Origin: Polyangiaceae bacterium
GTDB taxonomy: Bacteria; Myxococcota_A; Polyangia; Polyangiales; Polyangiaceae
Direction: 5' to 3'
Length of the DNA: 64,000 nucleotides
Assembly: GCA_044376115.1 (NCBI GenBank)
Contig: JBILLK010000006.1
Coordinates: 256,001 to 320,000 of the forward strand
Part shown: piece after piece, positions 47,391 through 55,755 of the stretch
Numbering within the stretch: the stretch's first letter is position 1
Layout of the letters: every line of letters begins with the position of its first letter
The notes under the pieces: generated by a model
What the model saw: the letters and a program-made list of their open reading frames with translations, nothing else
Told to the model about the DNA's origin: nothing
Databases searched by the model: none
Made by a program: the position numbers and the translations under genes

Positions 47391-48530
47391 ATGAGTTCGG
47401 CGGAGGATGGGTCTCGGGCGACTGCGGCTGGCCAGCGGGTCATCGTATCGGAGTTTGCTGAGTCCCCAGGCGAGGCGATTGATACTGTATTGTCGATTGA
47501 GCCGATGCTCGCCCCTGAGCTGTCTCTGCTGGCGGCCAATGAAGTACTAGTCAAAGTGGTTTGCGCCGCGGTTGGTTGGGTGGACCTGCTCATGATGAGT
47601 GGGCAATACCAGCATATGGCGAAGCCGCCTTATACGCCGGGTCTCGAGGGGGCCGGTGTTGTCCTCGCCGTTGGTTCGGCGGTCAAGCGTGTAGCCGTGG
47701 GGGCACGGGTACTGACAGACGGCTTTGTTGCCGGGCCTCGCTCGCTCGGGCCTTATCAGAGTCAGGGGACGTTCGCGAGCTGGGTCGTCATGCCAGAGAA
47801 CGCGCTCCACATTATACCCAGTAAACTGAGCTTTGCGCAGGCGGCTGGTTTGCTATCTAGCTATGAGACCGCGTACCACTGTCTGCTTACGCGCGGACGT
47901 CTTCGAGAAGGGGAGACCGTCCTGATTCATGGGGCCTCGGGCTCGACTGGGCTCGCGGCTGTGCAGGTCGCCAAGTTGGTTGGCGCGAAGGTCATCGCGA
48001 CGGGGCGGTCGAAGGCCAAGCTCGAGGTCGTGCGCGAGAGCGGAGCAGACCACGTCGTGGTGTTGGATTCGGCTCGCCCCGATGGAGAGCTCGAGTTCAA
48101 AGAGCAGGTGAAAGAGCTGACCTCGGGCGCTGGCGTTGACGTTGTCTACGACCCGGTCGGCGGGCCTGTGTCCAAGGAGAGTTTGCGCGCCATGCGCTTT
48201 GGGGGGCGCTTTTTGGTCGTCGGCTGGGCGGCTACGCCCGCTGTTGCCAAGGGCAAAGGTGGCCGTGGAGCGCCCAACGCGAACCAGCTACCCACCAATC
48301 TCATCATGATGAAGTCGCTCGATGTGCTCGGTTGCCCAACCGTGATCTCGACCGTGATGGACCCGAGTTCACGCCCGCCGCGGCTCGAAGCGGTGTTGCG
48401 CTGGGCGGAGACCGGTGCGATCTCGCCCCACGTTTCGCACAGCTTCGAGTTTTCGGAGGTGCGCGCTGCACTGCGCGCCAAGTGGAATGGCGAGGTCGTT
48501 GGGGCAGCGGTGCTTACTTCGGCGTCTTGA
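47391..48530 (+). CDS. NADPH:quinone oxidoreductase-like MDR-family enzyme
   Basis: YTPGLEGAG, GETVLIHGASGSTGLAAVQVAK, GVDVVYDPVGG, GGRFLVVGWA. Confidence 0.88.
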   Translation: MSSAEDGSRATAAGQRVIVSEFAESPGEAIDTVLSIEPMLAPELSLLAANEVLVKVVCAAVGWVDLLMMSGQYQHMAKPPYTPGLEGAGVVLAVGSAVKRVAVGARVLTDGFVAGPRSLGPYQSQGTFASWVVMPENALHIIPSKLSFAQAAGLLSSYETAYHCLLTRGRLREGETVLIHGASGSTGLAAVQVAKLVGAKVIATGRSKAKLEVVRESGADHVVVLDSARPDGELEFKEQVKELTSGAGVDVVYDPVGGPVSKESLRAMRFGGRFLVVGWAATPAVAKGKGGRGAPNANQLPTNLIMMKSLDVLGCPTVISTVMDPSSRPPRLEAVLRWAETGAISPHVSHSFEFSEVRAALRAKWNGEVVGAAVLTSAS

Positions 48531-49452
48531 CGACGAAAATCCCGGTGCGGGTCCCCACGAAGGTTCGCGCGCCACGAACATCGATGCCCTCGACCCAGTC
48601 GGGAACCTCAATCGACTCTCGGAGCTCCTTCGTTTCGAGATCGACCGCGTGAAGATTGCCGTCGTGATCCGCGACCAGCGCCAAGTCCCCCGCGACACGA
48701 ACGTCAACGGCGAAGCCGACGTCTGCGTTGACGACCTCCGAGCTATCCCCCGCTACGGCGACGAGACCAGAAGGCCCGCAAGCTACATATTGCCCGTCTG
48801 CGGTCGATACGATGCCCTTGGGATTCTCGATGTCAGTGACCACCTCAGCCTTCGGGATCTCGAGCAGGTCGAAGGCGACGTTGCCCTTCGGTACGGGGAA
48901 GGTGATTACGCGGTCGGGGTTGTGCATGTGTCCGAACGAAACCGCGATCTCTCCATTGCGAACGAAAGCGTGGATGTTGGGCAGATCGACGAACGGGCTC
49001 TCCGGATCGACCACGGCGTTTCGCAACGCAAGCGCCGCTGACCATTTCACCTTGCGGCTCTTGGGATCGAGCGCCTGAATCACGAATGACTGCTCCCATT
49101 CGGCGTTGAAGTCACTGATGTCACGGTCGTCGCGTTGGCCCCACACAATCACGCTGCCGTCGAGGAACTGCACGCCGTCGACCCAGAGCTGGGCGCCGGA
49201 GGCGTCGTCCTCCCAGCGTTCGACGACCTTCATCGTGGCGAGGTCAACCACCGTGACGCCGCGCGGACCCTGCGCGAGATACGCCCGCGTCGAACTGACC
49301 GCGATATCTCGAAACACGTCGCCCTGGTTGTCGAGCTCGAAGAACCCAACTTTCGCCGTAAGGTTCTGCTCGTCTCCCGTCACGGGCGACTCTTCGGAAC
49401 AACCCAATAGACCGAGGATGGAAGCGGCACAGATTGAGAGAAGGCGTCGCAT
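48514..49452 (-). CDS. Lipoprotein with LVIVD-like/beta-propeller repeats
   Basis: Lipobox LLGC; DIAVSSTRAYLAQGPRGVTVVDL and DVRVAGDLALVADHDGNLHAVDL repeats. Confidence 0.65.
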   Translation of the reverse strand: MRRLLSICAASILGLLGCSEESPVTGDEQNLTAKVGFFELDNQGDVFRDIAVSSTRAYLAQGPRGVTVVDLATMKVVERWEDDASGAQLWVDGVQFLDGSVIVWGQRDDRDISDFNAEWEQSFVIQALDPKSRKVKWSAALALRNAVVDPESPFVDLPNIHAFVRNGEIAVSFGHMHNPDRVITFPVPKGNVAFDLLEIPKAEVVTDIENPKGIVSTADGQYVACGPSGLVAVAGDSSEVVNADVGFAVDVRVAGDLALVADHDGNLHAVDLETKELRESIEVPDWVEGIDVRGARTFVGTRTGIFVVKTPK

Positions 49453-49464
49453 GGGCGCGCCTAA

Positions 49465-49481
49465 GGCAGGATTGGTGCCAA
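49465..49481 (-). promoter_or_regulatory. Putative sigma54 -24/-12 promoter
   Basis: Minus strand TTGGCACCAATCCTGCC (GG-N10-GC); adjacent perfect palindrome CCTACATGTAGG (49486-49497) and AT-rich tract. Confidence 0.5.
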
Positions 49482-49599
49482 TTGTCCTACATGTAGGTTT
49501 CTTGCAAAATTACAGCCTTTAGGCTTGGGCGAAGGGCCGCAGGCGTGGGAAAGTAGGTATCCGGGGTGGGGCCTAGCATACCCAGCCCACTTCCTCGCT

Positions 49600-52500
49600 T
49601 TAGCTCTCGGGCGGCGCTGCTTCCCGCTCGTTCGCTGCAAAGGTCGCGTAAAGCACCGGCAGAACGAGCAACGTCAGCAGCGTGGACGAGAGGATGCCGC
49701 CAATGACGACGGTGGCGAGGGGGCGCTGGACCTCAGCGCCGGTGCCACTCGCCAAGGCCATCGGAATGAAGCCGAGCGCAGCAACGAGTGCCGTCATCAG
49801 CACGGGTCGAAGTCGCGACAGGCTCCCCGACTTTACGGCCTCCTCTTTGGCGAATCCCTTGGCACGGAGGTCTTCGATGAAGGAGACCATCACTAGCCCG
49901 TTCAACACCGCTACGCCCGACAGGGCGATGAAGCCGATCGCCGCTGAGATCGACACGGGTAAGTTGCGAACGGCGAGGGCAGCGAGCCCGCCCGTCAGCG
50001 CGAGGGGAATGCCGCTAAAGATGAGCAGCGCGTTCTTAACGCTATTGAAGCTAAGGTACAGGAGCCCAAAGATCAGCAGCAGAGCGAGCGGCACGACGAT
50101 CGCGAGCCGTTGCCGGGCTGCGATCAGGTTCTCGAATTGACCACCCCAGCTAAACCAATTGCCTGGGCCAGGTTTGACGATCTCGAGCTTTGACTGCGCC
50201 TCTGCCACGAAGCTACCAAGGTCTCGGCCTCGTACGTTGCATTGAACGACGAGTCTGCGCTTGCCATTCTCTCGGCTTACTTGATTGGGCCCTTCCTCGA
50301 GCGAGAGAGTGGCCAGCGCCTTCAACGGGACGAAGGCGGTCTGCCCTGGCGCACCGTTGCTCTCAGGCGGTAGTGGTATGGGCAGCGCGCCCAGCGCATC
50401 GAGGTCCTTCCTCACTGCGTCGGGCAGTCGAACAACCAAGTCAAAGCGACGGTCCCCATCGAACACCTGGCCTGCCTCGGCCCCGCCAACTGCGGCCTCC
50501 AAGAGCTGTTGCACGTCTTCAATCGAGAGGCCGTATCGACCAATGGCTTCGCGGTCGAGCGCGATGTTTAGCACCGGTAGCCCGCTGACCTGCTCCACCT
50601 TCACGTCGGCGGCGCCCTCGACGGCGCCTAGGACGCCGGCGACCTCGTTGGCCTTTGCGCGCATCGCATCGAGGTCATCCCCGAAGATCTTGACCGCTAC
50701 GTCGCTGCGTACCCCGCTAATGAGCTCATTGAAGCGCAGTTCGATCGGCTGACTAAACTCGAAAGCCTGGCCAGGAAGATGCTTCAATTCTTGCTCGATC
50801 GCCTCGGCCAGCTGCTCCTGCGTCGAGGCCCGCTTCCAGCCCTCGCGCGGCTTTAGCATGATGTAGGTATCAGAGACGTTCGGCCCCATTGGATCGGTGG
50901 CAACCTCCGCCGTGCCCGTCCGCGCGAAGACGACGTCAACTTCGTCGGGGAACTTCTGCAGCAGCATCTTCTCGACCGCCATTTGCATGTCGACGCTCGT
51001 GGTAATGCTTATTGACGGAATGCGCGCAGGCTGAAGCGCCAGCGCTCCTTCGCTGAGCTTGGGGGCAAACTCGCTGCCCAGCGTCGACGCCAATGCCGCA
51101 GAGCCGAGCAGGACCAGCAGTGCGCAAGCGAGTACGAAGGAGCGATTCAGCAGCGCAACCTCGAGGATACGCTGGTAGCCGCGTTTAGCTGCGCGAAACA
51201 GGAAGTTCTCACGCTCCTCGACCTTGCCACGAAGCAGGATCGCCACGAGGGCCGGGATCAGCGTCATGGAGAGCACGGTCGCGCCAGCCAGCGCCAGCAC
51301 GACAGTCATCGCCATCGGGCGGAACATCTTCCCTTCAATGCCCGTTAGCGTAAGGATAGGAAGATAAACAATCGCGATGATGACCTCCCCGAAGAGCGTC
51401 GCTTTACGCACCTCCTGCGAAGCCTCGTAGGCCAGCTCGATACGCTCGCGGCGCGTCAGCGTTCGACCGAGCCGATGCTGTTCCGCGCCGAAGCGGCGAA
51501 TGCAGTTCTCGACGATGATGACCGAACCATCGACGACCAGGCCGAAGTCGATGGCGCCGAGGCTCATTAGGTTTCCGCTGGTACCGGTCGTCACCATCCC
51601 GGTCAGCGCTATCAACATCGAGAACGGGATGGCGAGCGCCGCGATCAGTGCCGCCCGAAGATTGCCCAGCATGATGAAGAGCACGACGATGACCAGCAGG
51701 GCGCCCTCCGCCAAACTGCGTACGACGGTATCGAGCGTTGCATCGACCAAGTAGGTCCGGTCATAGACCGTATTCAGCTCGACTCCCTCGGGTAGGCTCT
51801 TCTGCGCGGCAGCCAGGCGCTCGTTCACCCGCTTGGACACGTCGCGGCTGTTCTCGCCCATCAGCATGATGGCGGTGCCGATCACGACCTCGCGTCCGTT
51901 GGCGGTGGCCGCGCCAGTGCGGAGGTCTCGGCCGATGGTTATCTCGGCGACGTCGCGCAGGCGGATCGCCGCCCCTGCGCGGTGCGCAATGACGATGGCA
52001 CGTAGGTCGTCCTCGCTCTCGATTTGACCCGTCGAACGGATGAGCCATTGTTCTCCATTGCGTTCAATGTAGCCGCCGCCCGTAGTCGAGTTGTTGCGTC
52101 GCAGTGCTTCGAATACGTCACGAAAGCTCAGCTCATAGGCGCGCAGTCGGGCTGGGTCCGGGGCAACCTGATAGAGCCGTTCATAACCGCCAATCGAATT
52201 GACCTCGGTCACCCCTTTGACATTGCGTAGTTGTGGGCGGACGACCCAGTCCTCGAGCGTACGCAGATCGGTCAGGTCGTAGGGGCTGCCGTCTTCCTTT
52301 ACCGCAGAAGGATCGGCCTCGAGCGTCCACATGTAGATTTCCCCGAGCCCGGAGGCGATTGGGCCGAGTTGCGGCTCCGCCTCCGGCGGAAGCGCCTCTT
52401 TTGCGGCGGCGAGCCTTTCTGCGACGAGTTGTCGCGCAAAGTAGATGTCGGTGCCGTCTTCGAATACGACGGTCACCTGCGAGAGCCCATAGCGAGATAA

Positions 52501-52758
52501 CGACCGCACCTGCTCTACCTTGGGCAGGCCGCCCATCGCACTCTCGATCGGAAAGGTGATTCGTCGCTCGATCTCGATCGGCGCGAGGGCGGATACTTGG
52601 GTATTGATCTGAACCTGGACGTTGGTGATGTCGGGAACAGCGTCAATCGGAAGCCGCTGAAAGTTGTATACGCCGAGCGCGGCGACAGCCAGCGTGAGCA
52701 TCAGGACGAGCCAGCGATTCTCCACCGAGAAGCGCAGCACTTTGCTTAGGAGGTTCAT
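49600..52758 (-). CDS. czcA: Heavy-metal efflux RND permease, CzcA type
   Basis: LPIDAVPDITNVQVQINT, GLGEIYMW, MSLGAIDFGLVVDGSVIIVEN, GIEGKMFRPMA, EFSQPIELRFNELISGVRSD, GAEVQRPLATVVIGG. Confidence 0.93.
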   Translation of the reverse strand: MNLLSKVLRFSVENRWLVLMLTLAVAALGVYNFQRLPIDAVPDITNVQVQINTQVSALAPIEIERRITFPIESAMGGLPKVEQVRSLSRYGLSQVTVVFEDGTDIYFARQLVAERLAAAKEALPPEAEPQLGPIASGLGEIYMWTLEADPSAVKEDGSPYDLTDLRTLEDWVVRPQLRNVKGVTEVNSIGGYERLYQVAPDPARLRAYELSFRDVFEALRRNNSTTGGGYIERNGEQWLIRSTGQIESEDDLRAIVIAHRAGAAIRLRDVAEITIGRDLRTGAATANGREVVIGTAIMLMGENSRDVSKRVNERLAAAQKSLPEGVELNTVYDRTYLVDATLDTVVRSLAEGALLVIVVLFIMLGNLRAALIAALAIPFSMLIALTGMVTTGTSGNLMSLGAIDFGLVVDGSVIIVENCIRRFGAEQHRLGRTLTRRERIELAYEASQEVRKATLFGEVIIAIVYLPILTLTGIEGKMFRPMAMTVVLALAGATVLSMTLIPALVAILLRGKVEERENFLFRAAKRGYQRILEVALLNRSFVLACALLVLLGSAALASTLGSEFAPKLSEGALALQPARIPSISITTSVDMQMAVEKMLLQKFPDEVDVVFARTGTAEVATDPMGPNVSDTYIMLKPREGWKRASTQEQLAEAIEQELKHLPGQAFEFSQPIELRFNELISGVRSDVAVKIFGDDLDAMRAKANEVAGVLGAVEGAADVKVEQVSGLPVLNIALDREAIGRYGLSIEDVQQLLEAAVGGAEAGQVFDGDRRFDLVVRLPDAVRKDLDALGALPIPLPPESNGAPGQTAFVPLKALATLSLEEGPNQVSRENGKRRLVVQCNVRGRDLGSFVAEAQSKLEIVKPGPGNWFSWGGQFENLIAARQRLAIVVPLALLLIFGLLYLSFNSVKNALLIFSGIPLALTGGLAALAVRNLPVSISAAIGFIALSGVAVLNGLVMVSFIEDLRAKGFAKEEAVKSGSLSRLRPVLMTALVAALGFIPMALASGTGAEVQRPLATVVIGGILSSTLLTLLVLPVLYATFAANEREAAPPES

Positions 52759-52768
52759 TGTGGGGTCC

Positions 52769-54001
52769 TCAGTGGTCGTGCCCAGCAGCGCCCTTGCCGA
52801 ACTCTGCTTTGAGTGTGAAAGCCCCCCGCACCACGATGGGTACACCCGCAGCCAGGCCGCTCAGGATCTCCACAGACTTGGTTTTGCCGTCGGGATGCAG
52901 GCCAATGTGGCCTAGTTTGACCGGCCGTGACTCGAAGGCGTCCTCCTCCTCGACGAAGACCACGGTGCGACCTTCCACCGTTTGAATGGCCTCCTCGGGT
53001 ACGACGACCGCCGCATCGATCTCTTCGATCGCGACCTCGGCGGTGACAAACAGGCCGGGTTTCCAAGCGGGACTCGGCCTCTTGAGCAGCACCCTGGCGT
53101 TGGTGGTACGCGACTCCCCGCTGGCCGTTGCGCTGAGCATCGCGATGGTTCCGGCGGCGGGCTCCTTGATGCCTTCGGTGCGGAGGCGGACCGGCTGACC
53201 TACCGCGATCCAGCCGAGGTCTTTGCTATAGACGGTAAGGTCGACCCACAGCGACGAAAGGTCGGCGATGACGAACGCAGGCGTCTCGTCCGAGAGCACC
53301 TCGCCGATGGCGATGTGCTTCTCGATGATGGTCCCGTCTTGCGGTGCAAGCAGCTTGTAGACGCCGCCGCCGCGGGTGCCCGTGGAGGCGAGAACCTCCG
53401 CGGTGGACTCCTTCTCGATCTTTGCTTCGGCTAGGCCTCCCTTTGCCGCGAGGAAGTCCTTCTCCGAGGCGATGCCGTCCTTGAATAGCTTTTCAAGCCG
53501 CGTGAAATTTGCTTCAGCAAGCTTTACCCGCTCCTCGGCGGCGCGCACGTCCCGCGATAGGCTCGTAAGTTCTCGACTATCGAGTAAGGCGAGCACGTCG
53601 CCACGCAGGACCTGTTCGCCGAGCCGCGCTTTGACCTCGCGCGCGATACCACCAACCCGCGGCGAAACATGGGCCAGGGTCTCTGCGTTGACGCGAACAT
53701 CGCCAGGCAGAGAGAGCGTCACATTCACTTTTCCTGGCCCTGCTGGACTCACCTCGATGCCAGCGTTCACCCGGCCCTCGGGCGTCAGTTTGATTCGGTC
53801 GATGCCCCCGTGCGCCTCATGCGCGTCATGCTCGTCATCGTGGCCGCGAGCATCGTCGTGCTCACCGCCTTTGTCATGAGCGTCGTGCTCGCTACTGGCG
53901 TGGGAGTGGAGCGCCAATCGTTCGATGAGCAGCGCGGCTCCAGCACTGGTGATTGCGAGCAGGAAGAAGCTCGGCCATCGGCTCGCTTGCGCTGTGTTCA
54001 T
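52769..54001 (-). CDS. czcB: Heavy-metal efflux membrane fusion protein with His-rich N-terminal segment
   Basis: HSHASSEHDAHDKGGEHDDARGHDDEHDAHEAH; APQDGTIIEKH, IADLSSLWV, WKPGLFV; C-terminal AGHDH. Confidence 0.87.
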   Translation of the reverse strand: MNTAQASRWPSFFLLAITSAGAALLIERLALHSHASSEHDAHDKGGEHDDARGHDDEHDAHEAHGGIDRIKLTPEGRVNAGIEVSPAGPGKVNVTLSLPGDVRVNAETLAHVSPRVGGIAREVKARLGEQVLRGDVLALLDSRELTSLSRDVRAAEERVKLAEANFTRLEKLFKDGIASEKDFLAAKGGLAEAKIEKESTAEVLASTGTRGGGVYKLLAPQDGTIIEKHIAIGEVLSDETPAFVIADLSSLWVDLTVYSKDLGWIAVGQPVRLRTEGIKEPAAGTIAMLSATASGESRTTNARVLLKRPSPAWKPGLFVTAEVAIEEIDAAVVVPEEAIQTVEGRTVVFVEEEDAFESRPVKLGHIGLHPDGKTKSVEILSGLAAGVPIVVRGAFTLKAEFGKGAAGHDH

Positions 54002-55260
54002 GGCCACACCCCAGCCACGCTGTGGAGCTCAATCTCGGCAAGGCGCGCGGCGAGCAGGCGATCCGTGAATGCGCGTTTGGTTTCGATAATCTCCCCACGC
54101 AAAATCAGTAGGTCGCTGAGGCTCGTCTCCCCGGCCTTATAGGCTTTGGCCGCGAGTTCGAGACTCTCGGCAAACGTGGGTTCTGGGTCGAAGGCGAGCA
54201 CCGCCTCGCGACGGCGGCTAAACACCTCGAAGGCGGTGCGTACCTCGATGGGAACTTCAATGCGCCTTTGCTGAAGCTCTACTGTTACGCGCTGGCTCTT
54301 GGCTTGTGCGATTGAGCCATCACCTCGGCCGTAGTCGAAGGAGGGGAGGCTTAGAGAGAACACCGCCATGACGGTATGGATGTTGGTCTCTTCATGTTCG
54401 TAGCGAAGTCCCACCCCAAGGTCGGGGAACGCGCTCGTCGCTGCGACCTCGACGTCTGCCTCGGCTTCTCGCAGTTGCGCAGACAATGCCCGCAGGTCCG
54501 GGCGACTCTTTGAGCGGGCAAGCAAACTTGCGAGGTCGGGTGTACCCAACTCCGAAAGGTTGCCGCTGAGGGTCAGCGAGACGTCGTGCGGTATGCCAAG
54601 TAAAAGTCTCAGCTCCCCGAGTGTGCCATCGCGCAGCGCTTGTACGTCTTTCGCTTCGGCTTCGGCTCGACTCACGCCCAGCTTTGCAACGTTGATTTCG
54701 AGTCGCGTTGAATCACCTGCGGCTAGACGCTGTTCGGTCGTGAGCTTGGTTTCTTGGGCTAGTACGATCTGACTCTGGGCAAGCGCCAGTCGTTCTTCGG
54801 CCCAGAGAGCGTGAATGAAGGCTGAACCGACGGCTCTCTGAAGCTCTTGGGTAACGGCGTCAGTGCTCGCCGCGGTGCGAGCGACGCTGGCATCGACAGC
54901 AGCGAGCCGCGCGCTAACCCCGCCGCCGAGTGGCAATAGTTGCATAAACTGCAGGGCGACCGCTGGCGTTGCCTCTGTTCCGATGACCCTTGGACCAACC
55001 GCTGCCTCCAAGGTCGGGTTGGCGCGAGGGTAGATCCGCGCTCCGATCCCGGCGGATTCGGCCTCTGCGATCTGTGCACGCGCGGCGAGCACCCGAGGCG
55101 CGCTTCCGGCGGCTCGCTCGAGCGCCTGCTCGAGCGATAGCGACAATGAACCTGCCTGTGATTCTTCAGCAGCTCTTGAAGGCGCTTCTTGCGCCGATAG
55201 AGAAAGGCAAGACAATACAATAGGAGCGCTTAGCGCCCCCGAGGACCACCAACGATTCAT
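53998..55260 (-). CDS. czcC: TolC/CzcC outer-membrane efflux protein
   Basis: Signal peptide; outer-membrane efflux repeats (RLAAGD, AYKAGETSLSDLL, PDLGVGLRY); position in a C-B-A operon. Confidence 0.82.
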   Translation of the reverse strand: MNRWWSSGALSAPIVLSCLSLSAQEAPSRAAEESQAGSLSLSLEQALERAAGSAPRVLAARAQIAEAESAGIGARIYPRANPTLEAAVGPRVIGTEATPAVALQFMQLLPLGGGVSARLAAVDASVARTAASTDAVTQELQRAVGSAFIHALWAEERLALAQSQIVLAQETKLTTEQRLAAGDSTRLEINVAKLGVSRAEAEAKDVQALRDGTLGELRLLLGIPHDVSLTLSGNLSELGTPDLASLLARSKSRPDLRALSAQLREAEADVEVAATSAFPDLGVGLRYEHEETNIHTVMAVFSLSLPSFDYGRGDGSIAQAKSQRVTVELQQRRIEVPIEVRTAFEVFSRRREAVLAFDPEPTFAESLELAAKAYKAGETSLSDLLILRGEIIETKRAFTDRLLAARLAEIELHSVAGVWP

Positions 55261-55333
55261 AAACACCAACCTGATCACGGCGCTTGGCGACGCGCTCCGC
55301 GCTTCCAAAGATCAGAAGGGCGAGCGCGACCAC

Positions 55334-55357
55334 AAAAAGCTCGGATTTCTCGAGCTT
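55334..55357 (-). terminator. Hairpin plus U-tract between the leader ORF and czcC (possible attenuator)
   Basis: Minus strand AAGCTCG-agaaatc-CGAGCTT-TTT, 11 nt after the leader stop codon. Confidence 0.55.
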
Positions 55358-55368
55358 CAGCTTAGGAA

Positions 55369-55707
55369 TCAGGCCAGACGCTTTGGGACTTTGAGCGGCG
55401 GTCCACGTTCGGCTGAGGCGAGCACGCGCCCACCCAGGAACGGCTCCAACAAGGCGAAGTCAGCGAGCCGACGCTCTTCTGCGGGCACGAGGTTGGGTAA
55501 GGCGGGGGTGCCGTGGGCACACGCTAAGCAACAATGACAGTCAGGTCCGCACGGGCAGCCTTCGCCGTCGTCGTCTTCACACTGACCGGTATCTTCGTGC
55601 GAATCGACGAACTCGACCAGGAACCCTTGCCAAAACATGGTGAGGACGAGGAAGCGGGCGACCCAAACGGCCAGCCTTGCAAAAATACGCCGCCTCACGG
55701 GATGCAC
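55369..55707 (-). CDS. CzcI/DUF2946-like small Cys/His-rich leader protein with C-terminal RGPP motif
   Basis: Basic plus hydrophobic N-terminus; HEDTGQCEDDDGEGCPCGPDCHCCLACAH; ends ERGPPLKVPKRLA; start GTG 55707 or 55698. Confidence 0.7.
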   Translation of the reverse strand: MHPVRRRIFARLAVWVARFLVLTMFWQGFLVEFVDSHEDTGQCEDDDGEGCPCGPDCHCCLACAHGTPALPNLVPAEERRLADFALLEPFLGGRVLASAERGPPLKVPKRLA

Positions 55708-55755
55708 AGCCCACACAGTAGGGGCCAGCGCGCGACCGTGCAAGCCGATTGCTCA

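Noticed and set aside
49540..49599. Terminator downstream of czcA
   Set aside because: Only short, interrupted pairings and no clear U-tract.
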